Assembly: GCA_951406725.2 (NCBI GenBank) | Contig: OX597818.1 | Coordinates: 70,866,001-70,930,000 of the forward strand | From: Octopus vulgaris | Taxonomy: Eukaryota | Length of the DNA: 64,000 nt | Direction: 5' to 3' | In this document: piece after piece, positions 24,164-36,062 of the stretch | Layout: the number at the start of each line of letters is the position of its first letter | Position numbering within the stretch: the stretch's first letter is position 1 | Notes under the pieces: generated by a model | Seen by the model: only the letters and a program-made list of their open reading frames with translations | Database searches by the model: none | Told to the model about the DNA's origin: nothing | Made by a program: the position numbers and the translations under genes

Positions 24164-25927
24164 TACACAGAAAAGAAACAAGGAGAGAAACAAAGAGAGA
24201 AAAAAAATATATATATATTAATATGAATGCAAAACAACAGCACACACTCCACCTTCCTACTTTTGTTTTGCATACAGTATGTGTGACTCTTTGTTTAATC
24301 ATCTGCAGTACATTACGTATTTTAATTAATGTGTTATACACAACAGGACTGTATTGTATTTATATTTATTAATTTATCAATTTTTAGGCATGAACATTCT
24401 TATTTTACTACAGAAATAATTAAAATCTAAAAAAATATAAATACTCATCGGCCAGAGAAACCTGCTATATACTGAGTCCACAATATAAATTTATATATAC
24501 AGTAATCCCTCACCATTTTTGCAGATTACCTATCACCGTTCACCTATCAAGGTTTATCATTTAAGTTTACATTGATCCCTCTGTGGTGTTGTTTTGCATT
24601 TATAATATACACAGATTAGCTATTTATCTATCTGTCTTTCTCTCTCTTCATGTGGCTTGTTGTTTGATGAAGGTCACCCATGATGAAACAGACCTATGGT
24701 TAGAAGAAGTCTAGCCATGGCCATCCTGTCATTTGAAAGGCTTTGTAGGATAATGACGTCAATTATTTCCTTTCATCTAACAACTATGTCAGGCTAACCC
24801 TAACCAATTCAAATTACTCCTTCACATTATAAAGAGACTTTATTGAGGTTTTTATTTTAATATGGACATTTCTTCAGTAAGGGAACTCTACTGGGTTGGT
24901 ATTAAAAAAGCTGAAGTCATTGAAAAAGACTTTAATATTATTACAATATCCTCTTGTTATCTCTTCCACTACCAAAAATAACTGAGTCTTTTGTGTTTAA
25001 TCAAACAGGAAGCAATATTATGGCATCCCCTTCTTCTCTACTGTCATGCTTCAAGACAGTTGGCATTGATTTATGGGAGGTGGCCATAGAAAGGCAATAA
25101 TTTATTTCTAGTCTTTGATCGGAATTCTACAATATTTGGACATTCTGGAGACCAAAATGTATAAAATAATCAGGAAAGGAAAATAAACATAAAAGTACTA
25201 TTTTCAGTATTAAACAAAAAGTTGGAGGAAGCAGGGAAAGCATCAAGAAGATAACATGTATTTTCCCTGGATAATTGCTGAATAAAAATATATTTTATAA
25301 TTTATCTATTGTTACTAACTATTCAATTTAATAACATAGTCTACAGTAACTTTGGAAAACTTTAAAAATTCTATCTTTTTTTCATTATTATTATTACTTC
25401 AGGTTCCAACTATTTTGTCAGTTTGAAATACAAGTCTGCCTAATGTGAGACTATATATATATATATATATATATGTATAATTATCTTTTATGCTAAACAC
25501 CAATTATTTTCAGCTAAATTATAGAAAAATTTTATAGCTCTGAGAGTTCAATAAAATACCCATGAATTTATGCTTTCATGAAAGCAGGTGGGAAATGGCT
25601 GAAATGTAAATTTAGATTATTTTCATCCAGAGACGATCAAAATGGCTGTTCATTCTGCAAGAAATAGCAGCTAAATCTCTTTCAATCACATGATAAAGGA
25701 TTATAAAGTGAAAAGATATACATTAGACAATGTAATTCTATAATACACCACTTGCCAAAATTAAAAAAATGACAGAATGGTAAATGTTTTGGATTATAGA
25801 TTTGCTTATTCAGTGCTGACCTGGAACTAAAGCAACAGTTGTAATAATCTGTCACCATGTTTAATCATTTGGTGCTTTCAACAGAGTGCCACAAGTCTCT
25901 GGATTTAGATCTCTGATCTGAGGATAT

Positions 25928-26407
25928 CCTTATCTTGCTCAGAACATTGACCTCCTGGAATCTGTCCAGAGACGTGCAACCAAACGCATACCCTCCATCA
26001 GACACCTACCATATTCTGAGCGCCTTGTTTCCCTGGGCATGGATTCACTGAAGCTCCGGCGTCTGGCGACGGACTTGGTAAACACCCACAAGGTTATCAA
26101 CCACCTCACCAACAACAACACTGAACACCTTTTTGATCTCCATGTGTCTAACACATGTGGACATGCCTACAAAGTCAGAAAACAGCATAGCTCCCATGAC
26201 TTTCGGAAACATTTTTTCACGCTCAGGGTTGCTGAAGCGTGGAATAAACTGCCTGCATCAGTTGTTGACTGCCATGACACTGCATCCTTTAAGGCCCTCA
26301 TGCTTCCCAAAATCCGTCGAAACTACACCTGATTATATATACACTTTAGATGAGTTGTAGTGCACCTGAACACTGTACACAATTATTATTATTATTATTA
26401 TTATTAT
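25928..26407 (+). mobile_element. CR1 LINE 3' end
   Basis: PYLAQNIDLLESVQRRATKRIP...YSERL..LGMDSLKLRRL..DL...GHAYK...RKHFFTLRVAEAWNKLP, the typical CR1 ORF2 C-terminus, followed by an (ATT)n tail. Confidence 0.93.
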
Positions 26408-27425
26408 CTTCTACTTGTTTTGAAGGAGTCAGGAAAAATTTTCAAAAAATAGGGTATTTAGTCTCATATTTCCAGATTCCGAGTTCAAATATTAGCTGTT
26501 CACATTCTTTGGATTTGATAAACTAAAAACTAATAATGTAGACTAAATCAACTACAGCTGCCTCTGCTATCAGCCAAACCTCATTTAAGTCACACTGTTT
26601 TGCATCTCAAATAAATTCATATTGAATTGTGTACTCTAAGATATGTTATGCCTAGGAAAATGAGGGGCTGGTCATTACACGAGTGCTTTTGATCATAGGT
26701 ATGTTGGATCAAGGCTTACCTGGGGCTAAACACCAACTCCAAAAACAAGTTGATTTTATGTTGGTCAATAAAATCAATATCAGATTTAATAAGGAATTTC
26801 AAATCTAGATAATTAGGCAGTATTAATTGAATCTATATTATTGATGACTAGTTCAATTAAATCAAAATATCTTGAATTCTAACAAGACTGGGTCAAGAGA
26901 GAGAGAGAGAGAGAGAGACTAAGCTGTTGCATCACTACTCGGCTAAGAGACAGACAGACAGACAGACAGACTATTCTGTTACATCACTATCTGAGCAGTA
27001 ACTTATTTTATCAACCCTCAAAGGATGAAAGGCAAAGTTAAGCTTGATGGGATTCAAACACAAAGCATAAAGGAATGGAACTAAATATTACAAAGTGTTT
27101 TATTTGATGTTCCGTTGATTATAATTAGATTTAATCAAGTTTAATGATGATGATGATGTTTAGCTATCTAAGCATGTAGACTGTGACAAAGAACAAACTT
27201 TTTGTCAATCTAAATAATTCAAACTGTGTGTGTATGTGCAAATGTGAGTATGGGAGAGTGCATGTGTTTGTGTGTTGGAGAGAGTGTGTGTATGTTTTTA
27301 CGTGTGTGTGTGTTTGTGTGTTTATATTTTCTTTATGTAGATATGAAGCTTGAAGATTTCTAGTGGGAGAAGAAATGAAAATATGTATATATGTATATAT
27401 ATATATATGTGTGTGTGTGTATATA

Positions 27426-27464
<39 letters not shown>

Positions 27465-30292
27465 ATATATATATATCAATATCAATGTACGAATCTGTGT
27501 GAACATGTGTGCATCTATTTTTGCCAACTTACAATTTGTATGTGCAGAGAGAAATTAAAATAAACACAAAAGTATGATAAAATATAGAAATCAATAAGTT
27601 ATGAGAATCTTAACAGAAGAAGTTCAGCTTTATTTAGAAAAATGCTGAAAGAAGTTGTTAGAAAATGATAAATAACAAATGTATATATATGTGTGTATGT
27701 ATGTATATATATATATATATATGCATATATATATATATGTATGTATACATATATATATACAGAGAGTGAGAGAGAGAGATGTGTAGAATATATATATTTG
27801 CTATATACACTATGTATGTGTGACCAATAGTGTGTGTGTGTGTGTGTGAAATATACTTCTTTCCTATTGTCTTTTTGGGAAACCAGCTACTTTTATTTCC
27901 ACTCTCTACCTGCCTTCTCATTTCATTTTTAACAATTTGTTTATTCTAAAAAACAATATTTTTCTTTAAATATATGTATAAATATATATACACACATTTC
28001 TGAGAAAGTATTCCTCCACGACCATCACCACCTCTTTTCTCTCTTTGCAATAAAACTAATAATTAAATATAGACCTCAAACTTCTGATAAAACAAAGACG
28101 ACTGCAGCACACAAAGCTTTTTAAAAATTTATATCAGAAAAAAAGTAAAACAATTCGACAGAGAAACAGAAGTTACAACTAGAAAGTTTGGAAATGAAAC
28201 TTTTCACGACTAAATCCTCTGTTTTGTTACTTCTTAACATGAAAATATTATCATTCAGCAAAGTTTACCAATTGCTGTTTCGAAAGAAATAATCCATGTG
28301 TACGAAGAATTGGGTTTACATTTAATACTTTGCAATCACATTACGAGATTTTTTTTCATCAATATTTTTTGTTATAGGAGAAAATTCTTTATGCAATTGT
28401 TCATATGTGTGTGTATGTGTGTGTGTGTGTGTGTGCATGTGTGTATGTGCATGTGTGTGAGTGCGCACACATGTACACATACACACATAAATTTTTTTTT
28501 TTTTCGGCACTTTCTTAAATCAGTCTTTGTTTAAAGGTTGAAGAAGTCTGCACATTGAATGTTTTGCTTCTTTTTCTTTAAGACAATTTTTGTTGTTGTT
28601 ATTGTCGTTCATTTATTTATAGTGAAAAATATTCCTACAATATATCAGGCAGAATTTTAAATAGGTAGAAAGACAATTGGCATCATTTTCCAAATATATT
28701 TTCTGATTCTCTGCTATTTACTTCAACCACATAAACATATTATAACTCTATGTGAGAAGCAAGCCTGCCTTGTCGGTCACAGATACAGAATTCTTTCTTT
28801 TTCTCTTTGTGACTAAGGTTTCTATCTTCTTTATCCCAATAGAAATATAAATGCTATGGAAGCTGGTTACAAACAAAAAAACATTTGTGGCTTTTCTCAC
28901 TTGATAAAAATTTTCTTCAGTCCCACACATATTGAGTCTGGAAATTAAGTTTGAAGAAATAACTTACAAGTGCCATTCCTTAAAAGGTTTGCCCCTCTTG
29001 CTATTTTAGTTCAAATAAAGGAATTTCTGGTGAGTAAACATGAGTTTTCCTACAGAGAGAGAGCAATGGGCAGGATGACTTAATTTTCACGAATGAACAT
29101 CACACACATAAAAATAAAATTAAAAAGAAACAATTATTCCCAAACAATATTTGAAATCTTCAGCAGAGTTTAAATTCAATTGAATGGAAGTAGTGGAGGA
29201 AAAGACCAACAAAAAAAATATTGGTTACTAATCATGGCCTCCACTCCTCAAAAACAACAGGAAATTGGCCTTGCTCACTGTGTAGAAAGCAAAATGTAGA
29301 GTGAATGAGATTTAATTGCATGCCAGCAGAGCAAGCAGAAAGCGCACATGTGGAGGAGTGGCATCATCCTACCGGTTAAACTGGCATTGAACCAATATTT
29401 CCTTTACTGTCAGTGAAAGAGAGAGAGAGCGAGACTGAGAACATTTATTTTGTGTTCATTGACTAAAGTGATGAATTAGTTGTGTTAACCAATCAGCTGA
29501 CTAACTGCTTCTGTGAAGGTCAGAATGTTTAAGGAAATGTTCCGAGTCACCCCCACCCACCCACCCACTACTCTCTTACCTCACTCTCTCTATATGTGTG
29601 AGTGTGTGTGTGTGTTCAAACACTATTATAACTGGGCTTTTTTCTTTCTATTTTACTAGCTTCACTCACCTTTTTCTTTATTCCACCTGTTGTAAACCAT
29701 TTCTCTGTTTTTCAAGAGACAATCCATTCCTGTTGCCTTTTATTCTGAAAATCCTCTTTTTATGGAACCCCTTATCCTTTATTTATAGCTTATTCAGAGG
29801 AGAAAGTGAAGTCCATCTGATATTTTGCAAGTATTTGACCATGGTGGCCAGAAGTGGAAGGACTCCGCTATAACTAATGGTTTACATTCAAACTGGAGAT
29901 CTGCTTTGATTATATATAATAAAGAGAACTCTGCAAAACATATCTGAGGACCAATAATTGGTATTAAAGTGGGTGATGGATGAAGTTCACTACTTCTCCA
30001 TTTATTACAACATTGGCCTAAACTCACATTCCTTCCTATAATTTCCTAATTTCGTTCACTCTTCTCATGTGTGATGCCTTTGAAAGTCAGAGACATTGCC
30101 CTGCTTTTTTGTAGCAGAAGGGAAACAAAGAAATAAATAAAAAAGTTGTGTGGCACTGTGGCAAAGAAGTTTTATTTCACAACAGTGTGACTCTGGGTTC
30201 AATCTTTGTAGTGTGACACTTTGAGGAAATATCTTCTATTCTAGCTGCAGATTGGTGTACAGCTAGAGTAGAAGGAGAGCCTATTGTTTGTT

Positions 30293-30335
<43 letters not shown>

Positions 30336-30504
30336 ATATCAGCCTAGATTTGTCAAGCCACTAAATTTTGAGACATAAACATCAGCTTTTTGATTGGTGG
30401 TAACACACACACCTGTGCACACACATATATAGATTTGGCTGCTATTTCAAGCAGTTTGAATGGCTACATATATGCTCCTCATTGGTTTTATCAACAAATC
30501 CTCC

Positions 30505-31529
30505 TCATCATCATCGTTTAACGCCTGCTTTCCATGCTGGTATGTGTTGGATGGTTTGGCTGCACCTGGTTTCACTCTACTTTGGCAAGGTTTCTACAGC
30601 TGGATGCCCTTCCTAATATTAACCACTCTGAGAGTGTAGTGGGTGCTTTTTACATGCCACCAGCATTGATCTGAGACTGGCATCAACCATGACTATGGTC
30701 TCACTTGACTTGGCAGGTCAACACAAACCAAGAGTCTTGGTCACCTGTCACTGCCCCCATGAGGCCCAACGCTTGAATGATGCTTTTTATGTGCCACCAG
30801 CATTGATCTGAGACTGGCATCAACCATGACTATGGTCTCACTTGACTTGGCAGGTCAACACAAACCAAGAGTCTTGGTCACCTGTCACTGCCCCCATGAG
30901 GCCCAACGCTTGAATGATGCTTTTTATGTGCCACCAGCATTGATCTGAGACTGGCATCAACCATGACTATGGTCTCACTTGACTTGGCAGGTCAACACAA
31001 ACCAAGAGTCTTGGTCACCTGTCACTGCCCCCATGAGGCCCAACGCTTGAATGATGCTTTTTATGTGCCACCAGCATTGATCTGAGACTGGCATCAACCA
31101 TGACTATGGTCTCACTTGACTTGGCAGGTCAACACAAACCAAGAGTGTTGGTCACCTGTCACTGCCCCCATGAGGCCCAACGCTTGAATGATGCTTTTTA
31201 TGTGCCACCAGCATGGGTGCCAGTCAGATGGCACTGGCATCAGCCATGACTACGATTTCACTCAGTTCAACAGGTCTTCATAAGCACAGCATTTAAGCCC
31301 AATGATTGAAGGGTGCTTTTAAGGGGCCAGTTAAACAACACCGGCATCGGCCACAACTACGATCTCACTTGTCTTGATAGGTCTTCATAGTATATCTCCA
31401 AAGGTTTTGGTTGCATGTCATTGCATCTGTGAGGCCCAACATTTGAAGACCGTGCTTCACCACTTCATCCTATGTCTTTGTGAGTCTACCACTTCCACAG
31501 GTTCCCTCCACCATTAAGGTGCAACACTT
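30505..31529 (-). mobile_element. RTE LINE 3' fragment containing a tandem array
   Basis: (CAT)n tail, RTE 3' UTR motifs, and a GTCGSGRL...DEVVKHGL C-terminus at 31440-31520. Confidence 0.88.
30644..31214. repeat. 137-bp tandem repeat, about 4 near-identical units
   Basis: cagcat anchors at 30661, 30798, 30935, 31072 and 31209 (period 137). Confidence 0.97.
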
Positions 31530-32140
31530 ATTTGTTTGCATCATCAATTATTCCCATAAAACAAACAATGGATTTTGTTGGGCAAATTGCTCAGCTCTAA
31601 ACACAGCTAGAGTTAATATTATCACCTTATGAATCACCATTATTTCACTGCAAGGCCTATGGATTTAAAGTGGAGAAAAAAAACATTATCACACCAAAGC
31701 AAATAAAACCCCCCAAATGGTGTGGAATTGTGGTTTGGTCCATTATTAGAAATCAGTTTTTATTTGATTTGTAATTTTTCTCTGCATTTCAATACAATGG
31801 CAATACAGAAGAAAAGAGATTGTGGGACTTTCAACCAAATGGTCACATCTTATTAAAGGCACAAAGGTGGTAGTATTATTAAGACGTTTACTTCCCAAAC
31901 ATGTGCTTTTGAGTTCAGTCCCACTGTATGGCACCTTGGGCAAGTATCTTCCACTCAAGTCCCAGGTTGATCAAAGCCCTAAGAGAAGATTTGATAGATG
32001 GAAATTGAAAGAAGCCCATTGTATGTATGGATGAATGCATGTATGTAATATGTATGTATGTACATATATATGATATTGTATTGTACCTACATACAAATGT
32101 ATTGTATGTATGTATGTATGTATGTATGTATGTATGTATG

Positions 32141-32717
32141 CATGCAGATTTGTATGTTTTGTTTTATGTATGTTTTCTCATGCACATAGTTGCGTATCTA
32201 GACATGCTCATATATACTTAACTGATAAACTTCTGGAAAGTTTTACAGTTTTTTTACAGTTCCAGTGATTCATTGGATCTGTAGTCTTCGAATTAGCTTT
32301 CTCCTTTCTGGTTTTGAGAAGCCTGATTTCTCAAGATTGGGTATTTAGGCAGTGTGTTATATATCCCAGGGCCCCAGTAATTACAGGTATAAACCTGAAC
32401 TTGTAATCAGGATAGAATAACTGCAGAGTTCTCAATAGTTCAGTATAGATGTTCTCTTTTTCACTGATCTTCAGCTTTATGTTAACATCTGCTGGGCAGC
32501 TAATTTCCACAACTGTGCACAGTTTCTCTTCTCTGTCCCAAATCATTAAATCAGGTCTATTGTGTTTACATTTTATTGAGGTCTTTACTGGTACATTCCA
32601 CCAGTATTCCTTTTTATTATGAATGGCTATAGCTTCTATCATACTGTGGGTTCTTATTTTTTGCCCTTGGGTTATTTCTTCCAACAGATTTCCTTATACA
32701 GTGTCCTAGCTACATCA
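32141..32717 (-). mobile_element. R4/Dong-like LINE 3' end (restriction-like endonuclease)
   Basis: HDVARTLY...WWNVPVKTSIKCKHNRPDLMIWDREEKLCTVVEISCPAD...IPVITGALG is a PD-(D/E)xK REL domain. Flanked on both sides by (TATG)n. Confidence 0.9.
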
Positions 32718-32813
32718 TGTATGTATGTATGTATGTATGTATGTATGTATGTATGTATGTATGTATGTATGTATGTATGTATGTATGTATGTATGTATGT
32801 GTGTGTGTATGTA

Positions 32814-32844
<31 letters not shown>

Positions 32845-32930
32845 ATGTATGTGTGTATGTATGTATGTATGTATGTGTGTATGTATGTATGTATGTATGT
32901 ATGTATGTATGTATGTATGTATGTATGTAC
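32718..32930. repeat. (TATG)n microsatellite
   Basis: Directly visible. Confidence 0.95.
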
Positions 32931-33423
32931 ATTTGCATATATTGTACTGTATGTATGCACATACGTATATACATAGGTATGTAGGTAGCTCCATTGATGC
33001 CTTCTCTTGGTAGTCGTAAACAAGTGTCACCGTCTTACAAGCAGTGTCCTTTGTTTCCATTCTTCCATGAAAACATGTCCAGCCATGAGAGAATATGACC
33101 TTATTTGGAAACCAGTGAGGGTTGACAACAGATCTGCCTTGGTGACATCCGTCTGACTCATACAAGTATGGAAAAATGGACGTTAACTACGATGACGGTG
33201 CTTTATCATTTATTTGTTACATGTTTAAGTCACTGCACTGTGGCCATGCTGGGGCACTGCCTGGAAGTGTTTAGTCAAACAAATCGACCCCTGTACTTAT
33301 GTTTAAGTCTGGTACTTGTTCTATCAGTTTCTTTTTGCTGAACCATTAAGTTACAGGGACATAAACAAACCAACATTTGTTGTTAAGCATTGGTGGAGGA
33401 CGAACACAAAGTCATGCACACGC

Positions 33424-33472
<49 letters not shown>

Positions 33473-34309
33473 TTATTTCTTTGAGTTTCTGTCTAGAAAA
33501 TTCACACAAAAGAGTTTGGTCAGCCCAAAGCTATAGCAAAAGACACTTGCCCCAGGTACCATGCAATGGGACTGAACCCAAAACCACATGGTTAGGAAGC
33601 AAACTTCCTTCCACACAGCCACCACCTACACCTACAATGATGAATGAATGAATATATTTTCAAAGCTGTAGACAACTTTTCAAGGACAACATCATATGCA
33701 ATATCATTTTTTTTTTTTTGCAACACATTCTACATAATTAGGTAAAGTCAAGACAAAAGACAAATTGGATAACATGGTTCTACATACACTGTGGCTGAGT
33801 AAGATGCAGGTTACTCACAGCTGACCTAGGGCTAAAAATGGAAAAAGAAAAGATATGAACAATGACAGTGCACTGCTAAATTTATATAGGATTTCATTGG
33901 AAAAAGATGAGATAGAAATTAATATCTGATACGTTGAGAGATAAATGAGAGAATTATCATGGTTGGTAGAAGCACAGATACAAGGAACACCGTAGCAGGA
34001 AGAAGACTTCATTGATTTATTCCAAGAATGGAGTTAGCAGGGGAAATAACCGAGTATGAAACAGAAATCAGATATTCTTTTTCAGAAATGCATGTGTATG
34101 TCATGTTTGGGCAGGTGTGCATGCATGGGTGTGTGTGTGTGATTGTGTGTGTGTGTGTTTTGAACTCTGGATTTAACTCTATGTCCACACACACATGATC
34201 TCTCTCTCTCTCTCTCCACCCACTCACATGTACATAGTCGATACACATGCATGAATGTACAAACGTGTGTATATCTATCTACCTCTCTCTCTCTCTCTCT
34301 CTCTATGCT

Positions 34310-34352
<43 letters not shown>

Positions 34353-34545
34353 TTTTCGTTGGTGTATTTACGATACACTTTTTATTTATTTCATATATAT
34401 ATGAGAGATAGAGACAGAGGGAGAGTGAAATGCACACACGCACTCAAATATAATAAGTATACACACACACATATTTTAAGAAAAAAATGTATTACTGCTC
34501 TAATGCTTTAGCATGTGTTTCTTTTTGGGATCTATGAATTGCTGA

Positions 34546-34604
<59 letters not shown>

Positions 34605-34754
34605 CATACTCATATTATTATCATATTTAAATTTTATTAGCAGCACAGCACAAATGCTCGCCTTAATAAAAACAGCGTAGTATAAATGTAGTACATATAA
34701 CTTATCAACAGGAAGAAATGTATCTCTCTGCAGATAAGTTTACGAGCAATCCTA

Positions 34755-34768
34755 GTTGCCTTGGCAAC
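34755..34768. promoter_or_regulatory. RFX X-box motif GTTGCCTTGGCAAC
   Basis: 13/14 match to the palindromic GTTGCCATGGCAAC, in unique sequence with nearby GATA (cttatc, agataag) and ETS (caggaag) motifs. Confidence 0.45.
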
Positions 34769-35019
34769 CAGCCTCATTAAAGTTTAATTATTAAATTGTT
34801 TGTTTACTCATTTCTTGTCTGTTCTTATATTTCCCCACAGCTTATATCTGAAATTCAGCATTATTAAAAAGAAAAATATTTTACCTTATAACATATTCTT
34901 TCTGCTTTTCTTCATACCTTTCTCCAAAATGTCACCACAGATTATTATAATATATGTCAGGTATTACATGGATTCCCGAGAGTATGTACACAATTATGCA
35001 TGTGTGTATATATATAGAT

Positions 35020-35065
<46 letters not shown>

Positions 35066-35200
35066 CATACATGCACATAACCATGTATACTCATATGTAG
35101 ATATCATTATGATAATAATTGTTTTGTTATTGTTATTATTATTATTATCATTATTATTATTATTATTATTATCATTATTATTATTATTATTATTATTTTT

Positions 35201-36062
35201 ATAATGGCAATCTGGCAGAATCACTAGCATGCCAAGCAAAATACTTAGTAGCGTTTTGTCTGTCTTAACGTTCTTAGTTCGAATTCTGCCAAAGTTGACT
35301 TTGCTTTTCATCCAGGGTCGATAAGTTAAGTACCAGTTACACACTGGGGTCAATGTAATCGACTAGTCCACTCCCCACAAATTTCAGGCTTTGTGCCTTT
35401 AGTAGAAGGGATTATCATTCTTATTTATAAGCTGACAAGTGGGCAGAATCTTTAATGCACCTAGCAAAATGCTTAGTGATATTTTGTCCGTCTTAACATT
35501 CTGAGTTCAAATTCCGCCAAGGATGACTTTGCCCTTCATCCTTTTGAGGTCGATAAAATAAGTACCATTATTATTATTGTTTTTCCATTTTTGACATTCA
35601 CAATTTGTAAGGCGAGAAGCTGGGAGAATCATTAGCACAATGGACGAAATGCTTAGCGGTATTTTGCCCATCAATACATTCTGAGTTCAAATTCCAAGGT
35701 CGACTTTACCTTTCATCCTTTTATAGTCGATAAAATAAGTACCAGTTGAACACTGGGGTCGCTGTAATCGACTCATCCCCTCCCCCAAAGATGCTGCCCT
35801 TGTGGCAAAATTTGAAACCATTATTATTATTATTATTATTATTATTAAGGAATGGGGTTAGCGTAATTGGTTGTGCATTAAGCAAAATACCTTATGGTGT
35901 TTAGGTACATCTTTTTAGGTTCTCAGTTCAATTTCTATCAAAGTTTCACTTCACCTTTCATTTTCCCAGGACAAATAAGATAAAGTCAAGTACAAAGACT
36001 TGACTGCAGTACCCAGCTCCAACTAAAATTCATAGTTATTTGCCTATGTTAGAAATGATTAT
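35201..36062 (+). mobile_element. Cluster of 3-4 head-to-tail SINEs (family B)
   Basis: Repeated units ggcagaatc.ttagca...gagttcaaattccgcc...gactttgcctttcatcc...gataaaataagtacc start at about 35201, 35429, 35609 and 35848, with (ATT)n tails. Further copies at 37378-37598 (+), 44830-45040 (-) and 60972-61305. Confidence 0.85.

Noticed and set aside
24500-24610. ta-cagtaatccctc, a possible Tigger-type MITE end
   Set aside because: No matching second TIR found.
30644-31214. Regular repeat array superficially like CRISPR
   Set aside because: The units are contiguous and near-identical with no unique spacers, derive from RTE, and lie in a eukaryotic context with no cas genes.
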